Source: a virus. From it: a stretch of DNA of 64,000 bases. The DNA is taken from IMG/VR virus record IMGVR_UViG_3300036770_001537, one strand, 5' to 3'. A program made the position numbers and the translations under genes. A model generated the notes under the pieces. It was not told the origin of the DNA, did not search any database, and saw nothing but the letters and a program-made list of their open reading frames with translations. This document shows positions 1-10,720 of this stretch, in pieces; positions within the stretch are counted from its first letter, which is position 1, and the number at the start of each line of letters is the position of its first letter.

Positions 1-1077
1 TGCACCAATTTCATATCCTCTCACATAACCTGTTCCTGGTTCAACCACAACTGTTAATTTTTCACTGTCTCCACCATTTGTCAAAGAAAGGTATCCAAAA
101 TTATTACCAGTGTCTAAGTTTTCTCTAATTTTTACACTAAGTCCATATGAATAATAATCACCAGATTCATCATAAGTTCTTTTTGCTAATTCATCCAAAA
201 TGGCAGAGTATTGTGTTCTCTGATTTCTTTCTTGCACAACACCATCTTTAACAGAAATCAATTTTATATATTCTGATGAATCGATTTGTTCACTTACGTC
301 ATATCTTACCAATCTTGCACTAATTTTAAATCTATTTGCTCCTGGTGCAGAATAATTTGATGACTCTAATGCTGGATCAAGTAGAGATATGTCTTCGTTG
401 CTACTAATAATACTCTCAGATAATACGAATCCTACCTGACAATTTGCATTTTGACTATATCTATCTGCTATGATTGATTGGGATTGGAAAGATATAAAAT
501 GTTCTTTGGCAAATACTACACCTTCATTGATTCTAAAGATAGAACCAAATCCCGATGAGTTTGCCGATGCCGTATAAATCGAAGGTAGTGTGTTTGATAA
601 CAATACTTCATCATCGATGAATGTTGATAGATTTGCTGTTGGGTTTCCATTTAGCCAACCAATATATAATGTTTTTGTATTTTGAGATGTTCCATCACCA
701 TCCAAGGCATCAATAACTCTAGCACTTATGTTTGAAGTGGCTCCTGTCAATACTGTGTTGACGTAACTGAATACATTTACTGTTCCGTTTGAAGAGTCTG
801 TATTTTTTATTTTAATATATGGGATTCTCGATAATGTAAATTTTCCTCTATTTTCATCACTATCTAATACTAATGTACCTTCTTTGAAAATATGTCTACC
901 AAATCTATTAATCTGTTTTTGAAGAATAGTTTGAGATTGTGTCAATTCTCGTGCCTGAACAGCATATCCTGGACGATATAAAATTCTATAAAATTCTTTT
1001 GTATCGTCATAATCATCATAATATGGCGATACATTAAAATTTGTTGTCAATGTTGAATTTGCTGTTGTGTCGGCCAT
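1..1077 (-). CDS. DUF4815/VrlC-like virion structural protein (N-terminal part; runs off window start)
   Basis: Manual translation from ATG 1077: MADTTANSTLTTNFNVSPYYDDYDDTKEFYRILYRPGYAVQARELTQSQTILQKQINRFGRHIFKEG, the typical N-terminus of this family; follows gp8. Confidence 0.85.
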   Translation of the reverse strand, partial: MADTTANSTLTTNFNVSPYYDDYDDTKEFYRILYRPGYAVQARELTQSQTILQKQINRFGRHIFKEGTLVLDSDENRGKFTLSRIPYIKIKNTDSSNGTVNVFSYVNTVLTGATSNISARVIDALDGDGTSQNTKTLYIGWLNGNPTANLSTFIDDEVLLSNTLPSIYTASANSSGFGSIFRINEGVVFAKEHFISFQSQSIIADRYSQNANCQVGFVLSESIISSNEDISLLDPALESSNYSAPGANRFKISARLVRYDVSEQIDSSEYIKLISVKDGVVQERNQRTQYSAILDELAKRTYDESGDYYSYGLSVKIRENLDTGNNFGYLSLTNGGDSEKLTVVVEPGTGYVRGYEIGA

Positions 1078-1126
1078 TTACCCTTTTCCTTTTAAAACAT
1101 TATTATATTTGAATGTTATATCCACT

Positions 1127-2452
1127 TTAAAATTTTACGACGATTTTAATATCTTCTATTTGATCTAATGATCTTTGTATTGGTTCAATATTATCAACAT
1201 ATAAAATTTTTCCTGAATATTTTTTCAGATCTCCATAATCTATACTTGATACCACTCTAGATGCAAAACTTTCTAAACCAATAAGAGATTGTGATGCTCT
1301 AGGTGAGCCTATTGTATTTATTAAATATAAATTATTATTGGCTTCGTCCCAAGTAACAACTCTGCCACTAAAAATTGAATTTGACAAACTCACACCCTGA
1401 TATACTTTTTCATCTTTTTTATAATTACCCGTACCAGACAATGTTAACATCATACATTGATTTACAAGCCTATATGTTGCAATGTTAGATGTTGCATATG
1501 TATATGGGTCTTTTATGATAGAAATCTGTCTAAAATCATTATCAGCGATTATCTGCCCATCTTCATCATATCTTATTTGTGTATTTATCATAATGTTTTT
1601 TCCACCCAATTCATATAATGGGTCGGAACCGTGACCACCAATTGGACTAATTATTGCTCTTGCAGATGCCCCAGAACCATATATATCTTCGATAGAAACA
1701 GTAGCATACGTGTAACCTGTTCCAGAGTCTGTAATTACTATAGTATCTACAGTCTCTGATATTGAATTTATAGTTGCCTCTGCGGTTGCACCTGTTCCGT
1801 CGCCAGATATAGTTATCGTTATACTGCTTGCATTACTATATCCTGACCCTGCATTTGTTAATTCTATAAAATCTATGGAGCCCGGTGTTGCATATGATTG
1901 AACCTGCCATTGTAATGAGCCATCATCAATTGTTAAAGTTTTAACCGGAATGTAATTTTCTGTAGTATATCTAATCTGTTCAGAGTCCGATATTGTATAC
2001 ATATATTTCCAAATATATCCGTCCGAAGTATATGAGGATATTTGTGGATTTACTGATGTTGGTTCAACAGTTGATATTGACCCGTTTGCATTTGATATGC
2101 ATTTGTATACAGAAAAATCTTCATTCATAACATAGAACTGTGTTGATCCGTCAAATAGATTTGTATTTATATGATCATATGCAGTATATGTGTTACCGGA
2201 AACCCAATTATATCTTGGGATCACATGAAATAAATCTCCACCGAATAGCCTTTTGGCTCCGATCATGTTGTCCCATATTTCATACCGTGTTGCAATTGAA
2301 GAATTTGCTACTGTAGGGGAATCATTAGCGTCCCAAGAATCTGTCTTACCGTATGTTATGTAAAGAACAGTATTTGGAGATGGCTCTGTTATAGATTCCT
2401 TAAACTGCTCCGCATTATTAATTCTCAAATCTATAAATGCTGTTGATGACAT
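1127..2452 (-). CDS. gp8: baseplate wedge subunit gp8
   Basis: IPRYNWVSG, FYVMNEDFSVYKCISN, DGYIWKYMY, GGHGSDPLYELGG, NDFRQISIIKDP motifs; synteny gp6-7-8. Confidence 0.9.
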   Translation of the reverse strand: MSSTAFIDLRINNAEQFKESITEPSPNTVLYITYGKTDSWDANDSPTVANSSIATRYEIWDNMIGAKRLFGGDLFHVIPRYNWVSGNTYTAYDHINTNLFDGSTQFYVMNEDFSVYKCISNANGSISTVEPTSVNPQISSYTSDGYIWKYMYTISDSEQIRYTTENYIPVKTLTIDDGSLQWQVQSYATPGSIDFIELTNAGSGYSNASSITITISGDGTGATAEATINSISETVDTIVITDSGTGYTYATVSIEDIYGSGASARAIISPIGGHGSDPLYELGGKNIMINTQIRYDEDGQIIADNDFRQISIIKDPYTYATSNIATYRLVNQCMMLTLSGTGNYKKDEKVYQGVSLSNSIFSGRVVTWDEANNNLYLINTIGSPRASQSLIGLESFASRVVSSIDYGDLKKYSGKILYVDNIEPIQRSLDQIEDIKIVVKF

Positions 2453-2469
2453 ATTTTATATCCTAATCC

Positions 2470-4860
2470 TTATGTTACATCTGATGATACATATGTGGAG
2501 TCTGAAGTAGTATCCGTGTCATCAGATGTGTATTCTTTATATGCAAATGTTACAGGAGCATATACTTGCCCACTTGTGTCATTAGAATATGTTATGTTTG
2601 ATGTGAATGTTGCAGAACCTTCTGATATTGATATTAATGGTTCGTATGTATAACTAATTCCAGGTTCTAAAATTTCAACACCAACAATAGATCCGTTTGT
2701 ATTTATAGTATATCTAGCATTAGCACCCTTTCCATCACCGGCAATTATTAAAAATCCGTTTGAACTATATCCTGAACCACCATCAAGTATTGTTATATTA
2801 GATAGTTTACTTTTCATTTTTACGGTAAAATAATTTAATCCGGCGTCTTCTACATAATATATTCCATTCTTCACGTTATCATATCCACCAGATATAAATT
2901 CTAGTGTCACATTCATCGTAGGTTCAATGTTATGAGACGACGAAAATACATTTATTGTATTTCCAGTCTTATTATAATTTGTTAATTGTGTTTTGTAATT
3001 TATAATATTTGTCGGCTCGCATCCACACACCATATTTGATGTTATATCATCAACTATTATGTATTGACCAAATAATTTTGTTCCTACAGGATGCGTTAAA
3101 CCTTTTAAAACATTTCTATATTTGGATATTGGTATTTTTGATCTTATTACATATGAGAATATTTGATAATAATCTCTATCTTCCAAGAAATTGTATGAAC
3201 TTATGTGCCCATCATCATTCAAATATCTTCCTGGATATGAATATACGCCTTCAACTATAGTTGCAACCGCATTCGCTGTCCCATCACCATATCCTGTGAG
3301 ATCGAGTGTTGGTGGTGTTGAATATCCTATTCCTCTGTCCAGAATAACAATTCTTTCAATTGCACCAATCGTTGATGAAACTGTTAATAACTCTGCTCCC
3401 GAACCCAGAGTAGAAGTGACAGTTATATTTGCGCCATTTCCTGTTCCAGAAACTACATTTACTTCGGGTAGATAATTAATATCAAAACCAGAGCCCCCTA
3501 TTATATGACCAGAAACTTGTTCAAATTCAACTTCTGTTATAGTCCCGAAACCATCAACATTTTTAACATTTCCTGATGCACCGGTCCCGTATCCACCAAT
3601 TACGTTTATAAATTCTATTTTATCTCCAATTTGATAATTCAATCCGCCATCATTAATGTCCATTCTACCAAGAATGCCTAATGCTTGTATTGCGGTATTT
3701 GGAATGACATCTATATCTGGTGGTGATATATAGTTTGATCCTGAAGATGATATTAATATAGATACTATTGGGCCTGTATTTGAATATTGCCAGAAATCAA
3801 ACGCATCCTCTAATGTAGTATTAATATCTGATGAATTTAAATTACTATATATTGTATTATTTAATGGTGTATTCTGTTCTAGTGATATCGTGTCGGATAC
3901 AATGTTATATGAATTTGGATGTATTGTGCCATTAGTTGATACAATATTTACATATCCATTAGTCCCCGATCCTCCACCACCCGAAGCTAGGATATAATCG
4001 CCCACTCTATATCCGGCTCCTCCATATAATACTCCAATAGATGCGACATTACCAGTGGATACTTGTGCTACAGTAGCACAAGCACCAGTTCCAGTATTGC
4101 TTACTATCAAGACATGATCGCCAATTTTATAACCTGTTCCGCCAGATATTATAGTAATTGTATTTAAAATACCACTGTATATATTTGCAGATAATGTATT
4201 TAGTGATTGGACATCATTAAATACTGTGAAAATAGATTCTCCATTTTCAAATTGCCCATCTACATTAGAAATAATAAGTTCATCTATTCTAATTCCTCTT
4301 TCATAGAACCGATCTACCTTTTCAACAAGTGCTAATGTACCAGAAGTATTGCCTCTTATCTGTGTGCCAATAAACTTGTCTAGTGCAGATAATGATGTAT
4401 TAGACGAACCGCCCAATTTTGTGTCTATAATTCTCACAGACTTTTGAATATACCACTTACCGTCCGATGCACGAAGAATGTCTTTTTTAGGATAATAGAA
4501 AGAAATGTCAGATGTATTATATATTATGTTGAACAGAAATTTTACAGATTTTTCAGTGCCTTTTGCTCTATAGAAATCTTTAATATGTTTGACTAACAGC
4601 TTTTTATCTGCTACTATGTCATCTGGCAAAAGTATCATGAATGTTGAATATAGTTTTTCAGCAAACTCATCTTCAGTTAAATCAATATCTTGAAAATTCT
4701 GAATATTTTTTATTCTATTTAACACTTTATCATTTTGTTCAAGATATTCGTAATATTTTTCTAAAAATAATACGAAATTTGCATGATCGTTTCTTACAAA
4801 AAATGGTAATTGTGAATTTATCAGATTAGATATTCTGTTATTTGAAATCGTGTTTGCCAT
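2470..4860 (-). CDS. gp7: baseplate wedge initiator gp7-like
   Basis: QLPFFVR..FLEKYYEYLE, IKDFYRAKGTEKS, QD/EDRDYYQIFSYVIRS...HPVGTKLFG; GxGY repeats. Confidence 0.8.
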   Translation of the reverse strand: MANTISNNRISNLINSQLPFFVRNDHANFVLFLEKYYEYLEQNDKVLNRIKNIQNFQDIDLTEDEFAEKLYSTFMILLPDDIVADKKLLVKHIKDFYRAKGTEKSVKFLFNIIYNTSDISFYYPKKDILRASDGKWYIQKSVRIIDTKLGGSSNTSLSALDKFIGTQIRGNTSGTLALVEKVDRFYERGIRIDELIISNVDGQFENGESIFTVFNDVQSLNTLSANIYSGILNTITIISGGTGYKIGDHVLIVSNTGTGACATVAQVSTGNVASIGVLYGGAGYRVGDYILASGGGGSGTNGYVNIVSTNGTIHPNSYNIVSDTISLEQNTPLNNTIYSNLNSSDINTTLEDAFDFWQYSNTGPIVSILISSSGSNYISPPDIDVIPNTAIQALGILGRMDINDGGLNYQIGDKIEFINVIGGYGTGASGNVKNVDGFGTITEVEFEQVSGHIIGGSGFDINYLPEVNVVSGTGNGANITVTSTLGSGAELLTVSSTIGAIERIVILDRGIGYSTPPTLDLTGYGDGTANAVATIVEGVYSYPGRYLNDDGHISSYNFLEDRDYYQIFSYVIRSKIPISKYRNVLKGLTHPVGTKLFGQYIIVDDITSNMVCGCEPTNIINYKTQLTNYNKTGNTINVFSSSHNIEPTMNVTLEFISGGYDNVKNGIYYVEDAGLNYFTVKMKSKLSNITILDGGSGYSSNGFLIIAGDGKGANARYTINTNGSIVGVEILEPGISYTYEPLISISEGSATFTSNITYSNDTSGQVYAPVTFAYKEYTSDDTDTTSDSTYVSSDVT

Positions 4861-6938
4861 TATTCTGCAATCATCCTAATCTGAACACTTCTGGCGTCCG
4901 AATCATCTATTGATACGATTCTATTTCTAAGAGGATATATATGAGTACCTTTCAATTCTGCCGATAATGTTAAATAATTATCATCATAGAAAGAATTGTT
5001 TTCGACTGATATTATTCTAATAGCATCAATATAAACTTTTCCAATATTATGTTCAATATAACCAGCGTTGTTATTGAGAATTACCTTTTCCCCATTTTCT
5101 TTGTAATAATATGATCTTAAAACCATCTTATTGTTTTGTAGTTTTATATTTGCTGAAGCACCAGAACCGTCTCCACCACTTAATGCAATTGTAGCATAAT
5201 TATAATTTTTTCCAGGATTATCAATAATAATAGCAACAACTCTACCTGATAATATCTTTGCTGTTGCCGATGCACCAGAACCGTCTCCGCTTATTGTAAC
5301 AGTCGGTGCTATACTGTAGTTTTGCCCTGCTGAAACCACTTCTATATAATCTATTCCGGTTGATATTTCTGGTGATTGTTCAAAATATATATCTCTCTCA
5401 ACAAAAGCAGAATCATATGTTTTTATCGATGGATATGATGACAACATATCTCCAATCTCATTAGAATGCTCAAGTCTAACACCAAAATTTATATTATATG
5501 TTTTTGTGTTTACTGTATCTATCAATATTCTTTTCTGTGCAAATACTTCAATATCACATCCAGTTATAGATTTTTCACAATTCTCTATATAATTCTCTAA
5601 TTTAGTTTTTCTAAATATTGATGAAAAATTAGACAATTCGTTTGTAGCATAATCTGATATCGCCGCTTTAACCAATTGTAATATTTCACCTTCAGTTCTA
5701 GTTGTTAATTTTGAATTATATGTAACATCTCCTTTAACCAGAAGATAAAGATATTCTGGATCGAGTATTTCTGGTGTTACAGTCAAGACATTTCTTTTCT
5801 GTATAAGTTCTTCTTTAATTTTTTCTTTTTCAAGATTAGTTAAGAAGTAGTTACCTTTGGGTTTCAATGAAATGAATACTTTACCATATATGACAGGATC
5901 ATTATCTTCACCGCCCCAAACTGCAACAGAATCTATATTATTATAATCTTTGGTGATCAAAGTCTCATAATCATTTTGAGTTACTGCACGATTTTGTGTG
6001 GAGTAAAAATATGGGGCTCTATACCTGATTTGTTCAATAGATTCCTTTTCAATGCCTCCATATGAAGATGCTGTTGATTGAATGCTTACATTATTTCTAT
6101 ATCCTGCAACATTTGATGTTGGCACAAATCTGCTAATATTATTAGCAATTTCTCCGACATTATCTAGATATGTTAATATAACAACACTACCATCTTTGGG
6201 CTTTTTTCCGATTACATCATCTCCAAAATATACAGTATATGTTGAACTTTCATTTTCCTCTATGAAATAAACAAAAGAGTTTCCAGTCAATTCTGTTATA
6301 TCTTCTGCTTGCGTATACGTTATGGTATCAGTATTGGTCGTAGATTCTTGGACATTAACTAGAATACTCTCTATGTCAACATTAGATGATGGAATTTCAA
6401 ACCTTCTTGATTCATTCATAGAATCCATTAGATATTGTATAGTTATAACCTCACCCTGTTTAATATTGACATTTGCAAAACTAAATGACCCACCTTCTTT
6501 ATACGCGGTGTTAGAATATAAAGCAACGAATGGGTAATTAATTCCGTTTATATCTGTTCCTAGAAATCTTGTATATTTCTCAATTGTGGCAGATGTTGCA
6601 TCAGTATCTTCTACACCAGAAACGGGTGTTATTGTGATATTCAGTTTACTCAATGCTCCTTGCTTACTGCCTGGAACATAATTCATGAGTTTAGCGTGTG
6701 ATAAAATTGAATTTCTTAATTGTGCCGAATCAAGGAACATTTCGTTCCCTACCATATTAAGATAGTATGCCATATAATGTGTGTTATACGCAAGAATATC
6801 AAGCAACACAGACATACCAGAACCCTCAAAATCAAAATCTTGAAATTCTGATTGACTTCTTAGATATGTTTTTAAGTTTTCTTTGATAGAATCAAAATCA
6901 ATTTCCGTAACTCTTAGTGCAGCTTTTTCTGTAGCCAT
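4860..6938 (-). CDS. gp6: baseplate wedge subunit gp6
   Basis: DFDSIKENLKTYL..DFDFEGSGMSVLLDILAYNTHY, QNRAVTQNDY, WGGEDNDPVIYGKVFIS. Confidence 0.95.
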   Translation of the reverse strand: MATEKAALRVTEIDFDSIKENLKTYLRSQSEFQDFDFEGSGMSVLLDILAYNTHYMAYYLNMVGNEMFLDSAQLRNSILSHAKLMNYVPGSKQGALSKLNITITPVSGVEDTDATSATIEKYTRFLGTDINGINYPFVALYSNTAYKEGGSFSFANVNIKQGEVITIQYLMDSMNESRRFEIPSSNVDIESILVNVQESTTNTDTITYTQAEDITELTGNSFVYFIEENESSTYTVYFGDDVIGKKPKDGSVVILTYLDNVGEIANNISRFVPTSNVAGYRNNVSIQSTASSYGGIEKESIEQIRYRAPYFYSTQNRAVTQNDYETLITKDYNNIDSVAVWGGEDNDPVIYGKVFISLKPKGNYFLTNLEKEKIKEELIQKRNVLTVTPEILDPEYLYLLVKGDVTYNSKLTTRTEGEILQLVKAAISDYATNELSNFSSIFRKTKLENYIENCEKSITGCDIEVFAQKRILIDTVNTKTYNINFGVRLEHSNEIGDMLSSYPSIKTYDSAFVERDIYFEQSPEISTGIDYIEVVSAGQNYSIAPTVTISGDGSGASATAKILSGRVVAIIIDNPGKNYNYATIALSGGDGSGASANIKLQNNKMVLRSYYYKENGEKVILNNNAGYIEHNIGKVYIDAIRIISVENNSFYDDNYLTLSAELKGTHIYPLRNRIVSIDDSDARSVQIRMIAE

Positions 6939-7361
6939 TTATCTCAATCTTTCTAGGAATAGATTTATTGTTGCAGGTTCCCCACGATTTACAATTATGA
7001 AAGTTATTCTTACGTTATATCCATTTAAATCAGGATCGACCGATACTTCAATTCCACTATCATTCATTTCAGTATCTGGAAGTCTTACTCTTGGCTCAAA
7101 GTTTGTAATAACTTCGGCAATAGCATCTTTTAGAAATGTCGCAGTAAATATATTTATATTATCAAAAAGAATCTTCTGGGCGTTAGAGCCTATATAAGAC
7201 CTGAATGGACGATCATAAAAATTGGTTAGTATTAGATTTCTAACAGATCGTTTGATCGCATCAACGCCAGTTTTCTTTACTACATCGCCCGTTGTAGGGT
7301 GTGCAATAAAGTCTAGGTCCAAGTCTGAATAGTCTGGTCTTCTTACTATGTTTTGTGCCAT
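6939..7361 (-). CDS. gp25: baseplate wedge subunit gp25
   Basis: YSDLDLDF, AIKRSVRNLILTNFYDRPF, NFEPRV, C-terminal LERLR. Confidence 0.95.
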   Translation of the reverse strand: MAQNIVRRPDYSDLDLDFIAHPTTGDVVKKTGVDAIKRSVRNLILTNFYDRPFRSYIGSNAQKILFDNINIFTATFLKDAIAEVITNFEPRVRLPDTEMNDSGIEVSVDPDLNGYNVRITFIIVNRGEPATINLFLERLR

Positions 7362-7365
7362 ATAT

Positions 7366-7373
7366 TATTTATA
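7366..7373 (-). promoter_or_regulatory. T4-type late promoter TATAAATA for gp25-gp6-gp7-gp8
   Basis: tatttata on + strand immediately upstream of the gp25 ATG. Confidence 0.75.
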
Positions 7374-8196
7374 GAACTCCCCTAGTGCCTAAATCTGTTG
7401 GATATAATGGGTTTGGTTTTTCTGCTATTTCTTTTGGTGATCTAATAGGTGCTGCTTTTTGATCTTGTGGTTTCACACCCGGACCCGAATTGATATAAAC
7501 TTTTCCACCACCAGCATCTATGCGAATATCTCCACCCTCTGTTGATATAGATATTGTTGATTTTGCTCCAATTGCTACATCCGATTGCTCTGCTTTTATT
7601 CCAACTTGTGCACCACCAATAGATGCTAAACCTCCAGATGGACTTTTTGCTTGAAGGGTCGCATTTGCTCCTTGAATGTTGATAGGCCCTTCTGATGAAG
7701 TCATATCTACAGGAGAACCACCTGCACCAAATATTTGAAATCCTTCTCCAGAAATTATATTTGTCTTTCCTGCAACCATACTGTTTTTATTTGATCCAAC
7801 AACTTCATTATATGAATCATGAGTTGATGTGTTCATTTGTTTTGCTGTAACATCAAAATTGCCTTCCGCCCTGAATGTAGCATCTACTTCAGAACGAATA
7901 TCAAATGTTCCAGATGTATTAATTCTATACTCACCTCTAATATCGTTATAGAATCCATTAAACACAGTCATCTTGGCCGATCCGTCTGGATTATAAATCC
8001 AACCTGTGCCACTTCTATGTTGCATGGAAATATATTCATGGTCTTTAACATCATTCATAATAAAAGTATGACCAGACCTAGTGATCATCATATCCTGAAA
8101 ACCATACTTATTGGCATTAGGATTTTGCCTTGGATCACCGGGCTCTTTATATTGCGATGTTTTTCTTGGCTCGTTTTCATTTATTTTAGTTGGCAT
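7369..8196 (-). CDS. gp5-like baseplate spike, C-terminal (beta-helix) half
   Basis: TRSGHTFIMND..EYISMQHRSGT matches the gp5 TxSGH..HxSGT signature; Gly/Ser-rich beta repeats; ends KVYINSG. Confidence 0.7.
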   Translation of the reverse strand: MPTKINENEPRKTSQYKEPGDPRQNPNANKYGFQDMMITRSGHTFIMNDVKDHEYISMQHRSGTGWIYNPDGSAKMTVFNGFYNDIRGEYRINTSGTFDIRSEVDATFRAEGNFDVTAKQMNTSTHDSYNEVVGSNKNSMVAGKTNIISGEGFQIFGAGGSPVDMTSSEGPINIQGANATLQAKSPSGGLASIGGAQVGIKAEQSDVAIGAKSTISISTEGGDIRIDAGGGKVYINSGPGVKPQDQKAAPIRSPKEIAEKPNPLYPTDLGTRGVL

Positions 8197-8210
8197 AATT
8201 CATAACTCCT

Positions 8211-9470
8211 TTAAGCACCGGCAAAATTGGAAGAAGTCCATAAAACAGAGGATAATGGTTGCTTTGAATCTCTGTTGTTATCGGCATGTTGACTATTAGT
8301 TTTTCTTGTTGGACTCATTCCTGCTCTATTTGCGGCTTCTCTCAATGCGGCTTGGGCCTGTGGTGCAACTCTATTAATCATATCGAATATCTGTGAAGAA
8401 TCTTTACCAAAAATGTTATCCCCAACACCAGCGGGGAATGATGCAGCAGATGTCATAGAATTTAGCATAGAATTTTTAGATGTTGCAACGGTATTACTTA
8501 CGTTTTCAGTCACATTTCCTGTCGCTGTTATTATTTGTTGAATGTTTCCAAATGCAGTTTCAATTTCTATCACAATATTATCTAATTTATCCAGTCCATA
8601 TAAACTTTCATCTGAAATTAGTCTGTTGAATGCAGCCATAATATCTGCGACCGATGTTACTTGCGATAATAGTGCAACAGCATTTTCAATGAAGACTTCC
8701 TCATTCACTCTCCTGTCAGAAAGATATGATATAGTATCCTGTTCCTCTTTCAAATCATCAATTAATGCTAATAATATTGCCCAAATTTCAGGTGGAATAG
8801 AATCCTGAATTTTTTTCTTATTTTCATCACTTAAGTTTTTGAGAGATTTACCAAGATTTAAATTCGATCCTGGTAGAGAACCAAATGATGATGGATTTAA
8901 TATACCGGCGAATTGTGCCAGTGCAGTTGGAATTTGGCCTATAGATGGTAATTTTCTTCCAGCGGTTTCTGCATATTCACCATTTGTAATTTTATTTCGT
9001 CTGTTTGAATGTTTATATACTTTACCTTCATCATTTTGCTGAGTCTTTAATCCTCTAGCATCAACATATCCTTTAACTTCACTGATAATTTTTGACGGCC
9101 AATTTATTGCAGTCTCTCCTGGGGGGAACCACGACCATCCAGATAAATTTCCTGGCATACCTTCTTTGTCGTGAAGAATATCTGTCATTGGACCTAATAT
9201 GATACAATCATTTCTACCTGTAGTTTTCAATGCAAGCACCAACTGCCCATTATCAAAAGGTCTCATATTCTGGCCGTGTTTTGTGCCAACAGAGGTGCTT
9301 AATGCAATATGTTGTGGATCAACGCCTTGCCCATGTTCTGGAAATGCTATCTGCATATTTCCAGATTGAGTTGGGTCTTGTATTCCTGTAGGACTGTCTT
9401 CTGTTCCATTGCCAACAACACGACCAATACTGAAAACTTGTGTAAAATCTTTTGGGCCACCTAACGACAT
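8211..9470 (-). CDS. gp5-like N-terminal OB-fold protein with helical extension (probable start MSLGG)
   Basis: IGRVVG..DPTQSGNMQIAFP resembles the gp5 OB-fold; lies between the hub gene and the gp5 C-terminal half. Confidence 0.5.
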   Translation of the reverse strand: MSLGGPKDFTQVFSIGRVVGNGTEDSPTGIQDPTQSGNMQIAFPEHGQGVDPQHIALSTSVGTKHGQNMRPFDNGQLVLALKTTGRNDCIILGPMTDILHDKEGMPGNLSGWSWFPPGETAINWPSKIISEVKGYVDARGLKTQQNDEGKVYKHSNRRNKITNGEYAETAGRKLPSIGQIPTALAQFAGILNPSSFGSLPGSNLNLGKSLKNLSDENKKKIQDSIPPEIWAILLALIDDLKEEQDTISYLSDRRVNEEVFIENAVALLSQVTSVADIMAAFNRLISDESLYGLDKLDNIVIEIETAFGNIQQIITATGNVTENVSNTVATSKNSMLNSMTSAASFPAGVGDNIFGKDSSQIFDMINRVAPQAQAALREAANRAGMSPTRKTNSQHADNNRDSKQPLSSVLWTSSNFAGA

Positions 9471-10720
9471 TAAACCACTCCTTCTCCAATACTTCTGCTT
9501 ACACAATCGACTGTAGTTGTGCCATATCCACCATATTTAATATTATGTGTCATGCTAACAATTAAATAATCCCCTGTTCCATAATTTGGAATAAGATTGC
9601 CGTTGTCTGCTGCCATCTTATTCCATAGTTCTAATCTAATCATTTTTCCTGCGTGTAAATCCGGATTCCAAGGTACAGTCATTCTCAATGCTATTCTATT
9701 TTGATCAATAAGAGACATTCTTGCTTGTCTTAGTTGTGCATATTTAGCGGACTGGTCCTCACATGCATTTTGTTGTGATGCGGAACCCACATTAGACAAT
9801 ACAGATTTTAGAACACCTGCACCAGCACCACATCCTATAGTTTGATTGCCCAACAGGCTTATCATACCTTTTAATGGGTTGAGTGCTATGACCGATATAT
9901 TTTGATTCACTCCATTCAACAAATCTGTAAGAAGATCGAAGTCACATGGAAATGAATGTGTCGTAATGCCAAATGGATATGCATAGCCTGCTGATGATCC
10001 GGTTTCTTGAAAATTGAAGGCTTTACCGCCAAATAGATTTGATTGTGATGTTAAATATTTTAGAGACCTGAAATGATGAGTCCCATCACCATCATCAATC
10101 TTATATGTCATATAATGGACGAATGAAGGATCATTCCCATCTAATGCAGCATTTGCTTGTTGAGTGACAACCTGAAATGGATGAATATTTTCTGCAATAT
10201 AATCTCTTGCTGGCATAGAACTTTGAACATCAAGATTTTTAGCACCAGCACATGAACTTAACACTTCACTGACTACACTGGATGGTGTAGTACATTTCCA
10301 AGATTTACTCACAAGTGTTGCTGCATCATCTAATAGTGTTTGATGACAAGCATGGATTGTGAAGTCTTCTGTATTATTATTATAGAGATGTCTTCTATCC
10401 AACCTATATACTGGTTGGCTTATTACCATTCTATGAGATATTCCAAAATCTTTTAGAGATTCTTTTTCTAATTCAATTAAAATTGCTGCACCTTTTAGGG
10501 CATCCAGATTCTTAGGACTTTTACTTCTTACTCCTAGATGGTGTAATGCACTATGAAATCTTACTGCTGTTTGTAATCCTGGTGTTAACAAACTTTCACC
10601 CAAAATTATTTCCATAGGTGTCAATTGTTCCATCACTGTAGTTAAATCACCAGAGCCCGTAAATCCTATGTTTATAGAAACTAAAGACTTATCATTATAA
10701 TTCAGGTCTTTGTCGGCCAT
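9470..10720 (-). CDS. baseplate hub protein (gp27-like)
   Basis: ESLLTPGL, HFRSL, LHAGKMI..GDYLIVSMTHNI; position between gp53 and gp5. Confidence 0.6.
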   Translation of the reverse strand: MADKDLNYNDKSLVSINIGFTGSGDLTTVMEQLTPMEIILGESLLTPGLQTAVRFHSALHHLGVRSKSPKNLDALKGAAILIELEKESLKDFGISHRMVISQPVYRLDRRHLYNNNTEDFTIHACHQTLLDDAATLVSKSWKCTTPSSVVSEVLSSCAGAKNLDVQSSMPARDYIAENIHPFQVVTQQANAALDGNDPSFVHYMTYKIDDGDGTHHFRSLKYLTSQSNLFGGKAFNFQETGSSAGYAYPFGITTHSFPCDFDLLTDLLNGVNQNISVIALNPLKGMISLLGNQTIGCGAGAGVLKSVLSNVGSASQQNACEDQSAKYAQLRQARMSLIDQNRIALRMTVPWNPDLHAGKMIRLELWNKMAADNGNLIPNYGTGDYLIVSMTHNIKYGGYGTTTVDCVSRSIGEGVV

